In this document: positions 56,255 through 64,000 of the stretch, in pieces | Layout: the number at the start of each line of letters is the position of its first letter | Numbering within the stretch: position 1 is the first letter of the stretch | Assembly: GCA_009914755.4 (NCBI GenBank) | Contig: CP086569.2 | Span: 17,664,001-17,728,000 of the forward strand | Length of the DNA stretch: 64,000 nucleotides | Direction of reading: 5' to 3' | From: the human T2T-CHM13v2.0 reference genome, Homo sapiens | Position numbers and translations under genes: made by a program | The notes under the pieces: model-generated | Databases searched by the model: none | The model's input: the letters and a program-made list of their open reading frames with translations, nothing else | Told to the model about the DNA's origin: nothing

Positions 56255-56627
56255 TGTACTTGTTTTTTAAAAGACCATTTGTCCTATAGTTTTTATCCAG
56301 TATGAAATTTGTTTATTGCATATACAGAGAAACCTTGCCTTTTTTTTTTCATTCTAAGTTAGTAGTAGAGGCTTGAAGATTTAAAGTTTTATTTTTTTAT
56401 TTTTTATAGAAAATAGTTTATAGGTATATACCATCACCAAAATTGCCTCTCTTTTGGTCAACAACCATGAATGATCACTACCTAGAAATGCCATTATCAT
56501 ATTATTTATTTTCACATTATGCTGTTTCACTATTTTGTAATTGGTTTCAAAATGGTGAATTGGTTTCAAAATGGTGAAATTTCAGTTTTTTTTGTCTTTC
56601 TTTTTCTATTAGCTGGATTATTTATAT

Positions 56628-56735
56628 TAATTACCTCCCACCAGGTCTCTCCCATGACACATGGAGATTATGAGAGCTATAATTCAAGGTAAGGTATGGG
56701 TGGGGACACAGCCAAACTGTATCAGAGGACTTCAC
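56628..56735 (-). mobile_element. MaLR (THE1/MST-like) LTR fragment, antisense
   Basis: cctcccaccaggtctctcccatgacacatggagattatgagagctataattcaaggtaaggtatgggtggggacacagccaaactgtatca. Confidence 0.55.
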
Positions 56736-57228
56736 TGTATGCATTTTAGGAGAGACCCAAACATTGAGCCCATAGCAATGCTGTTGTACAATAAGCCACC
56801 TCAGCATCCAACGACTTCTAAAAAAGATACTGATTCTCACTCATGTCTTGTGTTTCTGCTAGAAATTGTTATGGAATTAGCTGTCCTGGACTTGGGGTTG
56901 ATTCCAAGCTACAGATTACTTCCATAGTAAACCCACATATCTCTTACCTACTTGAAACAGTGGACTATGTCTTCTTATTATAGCAATGGCAGAATTATAG
57001 GAGGGCATATTTTATTATGCAAGCTCCCTTTGAGCAAGCTTATTTGTGCCACATCCAATTATACCTTGTCTACGTTACATAACACGATTTAGAAAATATG
57101 ATTAAGAATAGTTTATTAGAGCACAAATCTGGGATTTGCCACCCAGGAAACACTGACTCCAGAGAAACAGGGCCAGTGCTCTGAAGTTAAAATTAAGTTC
57201 TTGCTTCTATAGGTTTAAAAACAAAAGA

Positions 57229-57542
57229 AGGCTGGGTGCGGTGGCTCACGCCTGTAATCCCGGCACGTTGGGATGCTGAGGCGGGTGGATCACGAGGTCA
57301 GGAGATCGAGACCATCCTGGCTAACATGGTGAAACCTAGTCTCTACTAAAAATACAAAAAATTAGCCAGGTGCGGTGGTGGATGCCTCTAGTCCCAGCTA
57401 CTCAGGAGGCTGAGGCAGGAGAATAGTGTGAACCCAGGAGGCGGAGCTTGCAGTGAGCCAAGATAGTGCCACTGCACTCCAGCCTGGGCAAAAGAGCAAG
57501 ATTCCATCTCAAAAAAAAAAAAAAAAAGAAAAAAGAAAAAAA
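57229..57542 (+). mobile_element. Alu (AluS/Y-like) with poly-A
   Basis: ggctgggtgcggtggctcacgcctgtaatcccggcacgttgggatgctgaggcgggtggatcacgaggtcaggagatcgagaccatcctggctaacatggtgaaacc…. Confidence 0.9.
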
Positions 57543-57957
57543 GTTTAGTAGAATTATACAACATTCGAGACAAAGCTTGTTTATGAGTTACAACAATTTA
57601 ACTAGCAATAGTTTTGTTTTTTCTGTAGAGCTTATTTTCTTTTCTCTACAACTTATTTTCATTTCCTTTCCAAATTAAAATAATATATTTAAATTTTCAT
57701 CTCAATGTGATAGCCGTGAAGCCTTTGTGTGAGGAAGGTAAGAGGAAAGTTAACCTAAAATAAAGATCTACAGTGAATAGGGAAGGAGGGTTCCCTGTAG
57801 CCCTTTAAATGTACAATAGCTTACAAAACTATACAGTTAAAGAGATAGCTTAATCTATAATCAAAGAAGAAAACACTACACTTGCCTAAGTTACACTGCC
57901 TATCACATGATTCAGTTCCTCTGCTCACATGCCTTTAAGTCTCAAAATAAAATTTCA

Positions 57958-58258
57958 GGCTAGACACAATGCCTGTAATCTCAGCACTTTGGGAGACAAA
58001 GGCAGGCGGATCACATGAGGCCAGGAGTTCCATATCAGCCTGGCCACCATAGCAAAACCCTGTCTCTACTAAAAATGCAAAAAATTATCCAGGTGTGGTG
58101 GCAAGTGCCTGTAATCCCAGCTATTCAGGAGGCCGAGGCAGGAGAATTGCTTGAACCCACAAGGCCAAGGGTGTAGTGAGCAAAGATCATGTCACTGCAC
58201 TCCAACCTGGGCGACCGAGCAAGACTCTGTCTCAAAACTAAAATAAAATAAAATAAAA
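57958..58258 (+). mobile_element. Alu (AluS-like) flanked by the TSD aaaataaaatt
   Basis: ggctagacacaatgcctgtaatctcagcactttgggagacaaaggcaggcggatcacatgaggccaggagttc…gcactccaacctgggcgaccgagcaagactctgtctcaaaac. Confidence 0.85.
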
Positions 58259-58623
58259 TTCCAATAGTTTAGGTGTTTGAATTACATATTTGTCAATCCC
58301 ATTGGATAAAGCAAGTTTATGGCTACACTAACATAAGTGCAGAGAAGAAGTTAGTATCTGCTACATAACATTTCTAAACTCTAATAATTCGTAGAACCCA
58401 ACAAAAGGGAAGTATAAAGACTTTTTTGATCTTTTATTCCTTGAGGAGGGTAGGATATGTGTACCATTATTAATCCTTTAAATCTGTTTTGATCCACTGC
58501 AGTCATTATTCTTCTTTCAAATTGTATTGCTCTTGGTCATCATCCCTAATGCTGAGAGTGGCCTTGAAACTTGTATTTCCAGTAGGATGTTAATGGACAT
58601 GATGACAATAATCTTGCTTGAAG

Positions 58624-58884
58624 GACAAAAAATCAAACACCGCATGTTCTCACTCACAGGTGGGAACTGAACAATGAGAACACATGCACACAGGAAGGGG
58701 AATATCACACATGGGGGCCTGTTTTGGGTGGGGGAAGGGGGAAGGATAACATTAGGAAATATACCTAATGTTAAATGACGAGTTAATGGGTGCAGCACAC
58801 CAACACAGCACATGTATACATACGTAACAAACCTGCACGTTGTGCACATGTACCCTAAAACTTAAAGTATAATAAAAAAAAAGA
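58624..58884 (+). mobile_element. Severely 5'-truncated L1 (L1PA-like) 3'UTR insertion, ~260 bp, with a perfect 17 bp TSD
   Basis: gacaaaaaatcaaacaccgcatgttctcactcacaggtgggaactgaacaatgagaacacatgcacacagg…cacatgtaccctaaaacttaaagtataataaaaaaaaag. The TSD aataatcttgcttgaag lies at 58607-58623 and 58885-58901. Confidence 0.9.
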
Positions 58885-59083
58885 AAATAATCTTGCTTGA
58901 AGTATGGGCTCCTTCCTGTTGTCTAAGAAGTCCTTTACACAGACCCCAGTCATGTTTAAGAGCTTTGTTTCTTTTTGCTGTGATCCAGTGTACAGGTTCT
59001 TCCTGCAGGTTTCTACATGCTATAACAATGGTCCACTGGAGTTTCTGCTTTCCTCAGCCAAGAAGAAAAAGAAAAAGCAGTAG

Positions 59084-59207
59084 GCTGGGCACAGTGGCTC
59101 ACACCTGTAATCCCAGAACTTTGGGAGACCGAGGCGGGCGGATCACTAGGTCAGGAGATCGAGATCATTCTGGCTAACAGGGTGAAACCTCGCCTGTGCT
59201 AAAAATA

Positions 59208-59239
<32 letters not shown>

Positions 59240-59421
59240 CCAGGCATGGTGGCAGGCGGCTGTAGTCGCAGCTACTCGGGAGACTGAGGCAGGAGAATGA
59301 TGTGAACCCGGGAGGTGGGGCTTGCAGTGAGCAGTGGGCCGAGATCGCGCCATGGCCCTCCAGCCTGGGTGACACAGCGAGACTCTGTCTCAGAAAAAAA
59401 AAGAAAAAGAAAAAGAAAAAG
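59084..59421 (+). mobile_element. Alu (AluY-like) with a ~33 nt expanded middle A-tract, followed by an interrupted A-rich tail
   Basis: ggctgggcacagtggctcacacctgtaatcccagaactttgggagaccgaggcgggcggatcactaggtcaggagatcgagatcattctggctaacagggtgaaacc…aaaaatacaaaaaaaaaaaaaaaaaaaa…agccaggcatggtggcaggcggctgtagtcgcagctactcggg…. Confidence 0.9.
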
Positions 59422-59423
59422 TA

Positions 59424-59705
59424 ATGGGCACAGGCAGGAAGATCACCTGAGGTTAGGAGTTTGAGACCGGCCTAGCCAAAATGGCAAAACCCATCTCTAA
59501 CAAAATAAAAATAAAAATTTAGCTGGGCATGATGGCACACATGTACCCGTAATCACAACTACTTGGGGGACTGAGACGGGAAAATTGTTTGATTCCAGTA
59601 GGCAGAGTTTACATTGAGCTGAGATTCTGTTACTGCACTCCAGCCTGGGCAACAGAACAAGACTCCATCTCAAAGAAATGAATAGATACATACATACATA
59701 CATAA
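59424..59705 (+). mobile_element. 5'-truncated Alu followed by an (ATAC)n microsatellite
   Basis: gggcacaggcaggaagatcacctgaggttaggagtttgagaccggcctagccaaaatggcaaaacccatctc…ctgcactccagcctgggcaacagaacaagactccatctcaaag…atacatacatacatacata. Confidence 0.8.
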
Positions 59706-60089
59706 AAATTTAAAAAATTAAAAAGGAGAATAAGATAAGAAAATTAGAATAACACAGTAGGATTATAGAAGACTATGGTGAAATCATGGCATTTTGGGGG
59801 ACTTTCTGTGTGTTTTGTGTTTGTTTTAAAAACTAGCTCTACTTGCAATTCTAGAGGAAACAACCCCTGCAAAAAAATTAAATAACAACCACCAAATATT
59901 TTCAAGTGCCTTGAGTATGAATCCCCTTAGCAAATAATGCTTAAAAAGGAATTTAACAATTTCAGCAAAAAGAAAACTGACTTAAACAATAAATGTAGTA
60001 GATTCATTTTAATATGGTCATACATTGTTTTGCTTAAAAAATGCTTGCTTCAAAAAATAGAAAAGATTCCTAGCATTTGTATTACTTTC

Positions 60090-61275
60090 TGCTGTAGTTT
60101 GGATGTGTTAATCTCTGCCATCATCATATTAAAATTTGATTGCAATGTTGAAAGTGGAGCACAATGGGAGGTATTTGGGTCATGGGGGTGTGTCCCTCAT
60201 GAACAGATTAATGTCTTTCCTGGATGGGAGAGGAGTGAGTTCTTCTCTATTCATTGCCACTAAAGTTGGTTGTTATAAAGAGCCTGACATTTTCCCCTCT
60301 TTCACTCATTTCTTCTCTTCCTGTGATCACATGCCAGCTCCCATTCCCTTTCCACCATGAGTGGAAGCTACCTAAGGCATCCTCAAAGCAGATGCTGATG
60401 AAATGGCAAAAGTTCCATTATTCCCCTAACAGGGCATCTGATGAGGGTGTGGCTAGGTTCTTTGGTGCCCTGCAGCTCAAACCCCATAGAGGCAGCATGC
60501 AGACAGGCAGGTTGTGGGGAGTCTGGGATCTAATCCCATGGCAGCATGTAGGGTTGAGAGTTTACAGCTCCTGAAGCCCCAGTGAGCACATGTTACAGTG
60601 TGCTCTTTCAGCTTTGCCATATGCAGGCAGTTTACGTAAATCAGCCCAATTAGACCCTCTGCATTATCATAAGGATAGAGGGCTTTCTGTATCCTGGGAT
60701 TCTTACCCTAGTGTACTGGAAAAAATCAGATTACACATGGGCTTGGAGAATAAGTGCAAGGTTTTATTGAGTGGTGGAAGTAGCTCTCAGCAGATGTATG
60801 GGGACTTAGAAGGCGGATGGAATGGGAAGGTGGTCTTTCCCTGGAGTTGGGCTGTTCAGGAGCCAGCCTCTCCTCCAACCACCCTTGGCCAAATTTCCCT
60901 CACTGTCTGTTGTTCCACCGTCAATGGTCTGCCAGCATCTGTTGATGTGTTCTTCTGCAGGTGTGTTCCTCTCAATGTCCAGCCACTTGTGTCTGTGCCC
61001 ACTAGGGTTTCAGGGTTTTCATAGGCACAGGACTGGAGACATGGTGGGCCAGAGTGGTCTTGGGAAATGCAACATTTGGGCATAAAAACAGGAGTGCCTG
61101 TCCTTACCTAGGTCTGTGGGCACAGGCCAGAGGGTGAAGCCCTCTCCAGGGACCCTGCCTCTTCTCTGTCCAACACTTCCCTGCTCCCCCTACTTGTATC
61201 ATTGGCACCATGCTTCTTGTGCAGCCTGCACAATCATAATCCAAGTAAGTCTCTTTTCTTTATAAGTTACCCAGC
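60090..61275 (+). mobile_element. ERVL-MaLR LTR-like element (MST/MLT-type termini: tgctgtagtttggatgtg… and …ctcttttctttataagttacccagc); ~1.2 kb, possibly a composite
   Basis: The 5' end resembles TGATATGGTTTGGCTGTGTCC… and the 3' end resembles …CCTCTTTCCTTTATAAATTACCCAGTCTC. The internal segment gagcacaatgggaggtatttgggtcatgggggtgtgtccctcatgaacagattaatgtc… parallels the THE1/MST region …gtgggagggacccagtgggaggtaattgaatcatggggg…. Confidence 0.55.
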
Positions 61276-61277
61276 TT

Positions 61278-61560
61278 CTGGCTGGGTGCAGTACCTTACA
61301 CCTATAATCCCAGCACTTTGGGAGGCCAAGATTGAAGGATCACATGAGGCCAAGGGGTCAAGAGCAGCCTGGCCAGCATGGTGACACTGCACCTCTACTA
61401 AAAATACAAAAATTATTACAGTTGGTGCACACCTGTAATCCCAGCTATGCAAGAGGTTGAGGCAGAAGAATCACTTGAACTCAGTAGGCAAGGAGGAGCT
61501 TGTAGTGAGCTGCAATTGTGCCACTGCACTCCAGCCTAACTCTAAAAAATTAAATAAAAA
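61278..61560 (+). mobile_element. Alu (AluJ/S-like) inserted at the 3' end of the MaLR LTR
   Basis: ggctgggtgcagtaccttacacctataatcccagcactttgggaggccaagattgaaggatcacatgaggccaaggggtcaagagcagcctggccagcatggtgac…ccactgcactccagcctaactctaaaaaattaaataaaaa. Confidence 0.85.
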
Positions 61561-62174
61561 TGAACATTTTCCTCAAGTTTTCCTTCATAGCAATGAAAAA
61601 TGCACGAAGACATCCTCTTATGAGACAGGAGTGGGAAATGATTAAAAGCTTTAACTTCAGATTCTCACTAAAAGGCTTCAAAGAAGAACACACAAGACTA
61701 TATATCCCCAGGCACTGGAAACTGGAAAGTGGAGTTAGTTGCCTATTTTACAAAAATTATACTAGGTACAGAAAAAAAAAAGTTTAAATATGAGGAAAAC
61801 TAGGGCAATTCTCACAAAGTTTTTTTTTTTTCAAAAACAAGAAAAAAAAGGACAAAAAAGCAGATAAAAGTAATCTTGGGTTCCTCTTATTCCTAAGGTG
61901 CTAAAAAGCAAAAAGATGGGTAGGTCACTGTGTCAGAAAAAGATATTCCTGATGATATTAACACTGTTACACCTACGTAGACCAAGATATTTATTTTCTC
62001 TATTGACATTGGCCTCCAACTTCAGGTGATGGAGAAAAACTTACAAAATAGAATAAGTCTCCATTGCATGCTTGACTTAAAAGACAAGTATCAAAGCTCT
62101 CTTGCAGTCTACACTGACTGGTGGTACAGTGCCTTGTGAACTATAGAAACAAAGCTCTGATGTGGAAAGTATAC

Positions 62175-63548
62175 AAGTAGCTACATCCACTGAACTCATC
62201 CTTTTTTATGGCTTCATAGTATTTTGTGCTGTATATTTACCCCATTTTCTTTATCCAGTCTGTCATTGATGGCCATTTGGGTTGGTTACAAGTCTTTGCT
62301 ATTGTTAACAGTGCCACAATAAACATATGTGTGTATGTGTCTTTATAGAAGAATGATTTATGCTACTTTTGATATACACCCAGTAATGGGATTGCTGGGT
62401 CAAATGGTATTTCTGGTTCTAGATCCCTGAGGAATCACCACACTGTCTTCCACAATGGTTGAACTAATTTACACTCCCACCAACTGTGTAAAAGTGTTAC
62501 TATTTCTCGACATCTTCTCCAGCATGTGTTATTTCCTGACTTTTTAATGATCTCCATTATACCTGGCATGAGATGGTATCTCATTGTGGTTATGATTTGC
62601 ATTTCTCTAATGACCAGTGATGATGAGCTTTTTTTCACATGTTTGTTGGCTGAATAAATGTCTTCTTTTGAGAAGTGTCTGTTCATATCCTTCACCCACT
62701 TTTTGATGTTTTTTTTCTTGTAAATTTGTTTAAGTACGTTGTAGATTCTGGATATTAGCCCTTTATCAGATGGATAGATTGCAAAAATTTTATCCCATCA
62801 TGTAGGTTGCCTGTTCACTCTCATAACAGTTTCTATTGATGTGCAGAAGTTCTTTAGTTTAATTAAATCCCATTTGTCAATGGTGGATTTTGTTGCCATT
62901 GCTTTTGGTGTTTTAGACATGAAGTCTTTGCCCATGCCTATGTCCTGAATGATGTCTCCTAGGTTTTCTTCTAGGATTTTTATGGTTCTAGCTCTTACCT
63001 TTAAGTCTTTAATCCGTCTTGAGTTAATTTTTATATAAGGTTTAAGGAAGGTGTCCACTTTTAGTTTTCTGCCTAAGGCTAGACAGTTTTCCCAACACCA
63101 TTTATTAAATAGGAAATCCCTTCCCCATTGCTTGTTTTTGTCAGGTTTGTCAAAGATCAGATGGTTGTATATGTGTGGTGTTATTTCTGAGGTCCCTGTT
63201 CTGTTCCATTGGTCTATATATCTGTTTTGGTACCAGTACCATGCTGTTTTGTTTACTGTAGCTTTGTAGTATAGTTCGAAGTCAGGTAGCATGATGCCTC
63301 TACCTTTGTTCTTTTAGCTTAGGTCTTTGCTATGCAGGCTCTTTTTTGGTTCCATATGAAATTTAAAGTCATTTTTTCTACTTCTGTGAAGAAAGTCAAT
63401 GGTAACTTGATGGGGATAGTATTAAATCTATAAATTAATTTGGGCAGCATGGCCATATTCATGATATTGATTCTTCCTATCCATGAGCATGGAATATTTT
63501 TCCATTTGCTTGTGCCCTCTCTTATTTCCTTGAGCAGTGGTTTGTAGG
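62175..63548 (-). mobile_element. L1 (L1PA-like) ORF2 3' region, inverted segment of a twin-primed L1 insertion
   Basis: Reverse complement of L1 ORF2 (…ccttttttatggcttcatagtattttgtgctgtatatttaccccattttctttatccagtc…ggtcaaatggtatttctggttctagatccctgaggaatcaccacactgtcttccacaatggttgaactaatttacactcccacc…). Minus ORF 62798..63292 matches the ORF2p C-terminal region. Confidence 0.85.
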
Positions 63549-63590
63549 CACTTAAAGTATAATAAAAACAAAAATTAAAAAAAAAAATAA
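63549..63590 (+). mobile_element. L1 3'-terminal ~20 nt plus poly-A in sense orientation, direct segment of the same twin-primed insertion
   Basis: gcacttaaagtataataaaaacaaaaattaaaaaaaaaaa matches the L1 3' terminus …cttaaagtataataaaaaa and abuts the inverted segment directly. Confidence 0.7.
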
Positions 63591-64000
63591 GGTACTAGAA
63601 CTTTGAAAGTCTGAGGAGTTGACTTGGAAAAATACAAAACTCTGCAATAAGAGGTAGAGGTCTGAACATATAAATGCATAATTAAGAAATTATGTACATA
63701 ATCCTGATTAAAATTCAGGAAAAATATAACTACATTAAAAGCAATATCTAATAGTATTTTGACTAGAAATATCAAAAGTTATATTATTTAGTTTGAAGAA
63801 AATAGGATTTAAGGATTCCCATCAAAATTGTGAAAAATGTCATGCATGTATTTAAAAAATATATATATAAAAAAAGAGAAGCAGAGTTAAAGTGCAACAA
63901 AGAGAAAAGTTTGAATAAAGTACAAACAAACAAATATACCCTACCATGTACTTTGCAGAAACAAGAAAAGTATCTAAAATTTAAGGATATAAAAGGTTTA

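Noticed and set aside
60254-61085. ORFs of 106, 144 and 87 aa in the moderately GC-rich, apparently unique region at 60.1-61.2 kb
   Set aside because: The region begins and ends with ERVL-MaLR LTR terminal motifs (tgctgtagtttgg… and …ctcttttctttataagttacccagc). The internal sequence parallels THE1/MST LTR sequence. There is no splice or start context, so I treat it as an LTR and not an exon.

Overview
This window is not prokaryotic. It is primate, almost certainly human, nuclear DNA: AT-rich, CpG-poor, and dominated by interspersed repeats and simple-sequence arrays. I find at least 22 Alu copies (AluJ/S/Y, often with recognisable target-site duplications (TSDs)) and at least 9 L1 segments. 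One L1 is a full-length ~6.2 kb L1PA-type element nested inside an older antisense L1. There are also ERVL-MaLR (THE1/MST-like) LTRs, three copies of one non-autonomous hAT transposon family, and a Tigger-like fragment. Long microsatellite and minisatellite tracts are frequent: GAAA/GGAA and TTCC purine/pyrimidine arrays, GATA/TATC arrays, GT/CA runs, ATTTT and TTCA repeats, and a ~950 bp AT-rich 21-bp-unit minisatellite. I see no convincing cellular protein-coding exon, tRNA or rRNA gene, CpG island, operon-like gene cluster or CRISPR array. Every long ORF in the supplied track is either an L1 ORF1/ORF2 remnant or a stop-free translation of low-complexity DNA. The points most worth a second look are the nested full-length L1 with clear TSDs, an L1 with a twin-priming inversion, a 3'-truncated L1, inverted purine/pyrimidine and GATA/TATC arrays (non-B DNA and instability candidates), an AT-rich minisatellite, several recent local duplications, and a ~200 bp direct-repeat element I cannot assign to a known family. 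Coordinates are approximate to about ±15 bp. Family names come from memory of consensus sequences, not from a search.
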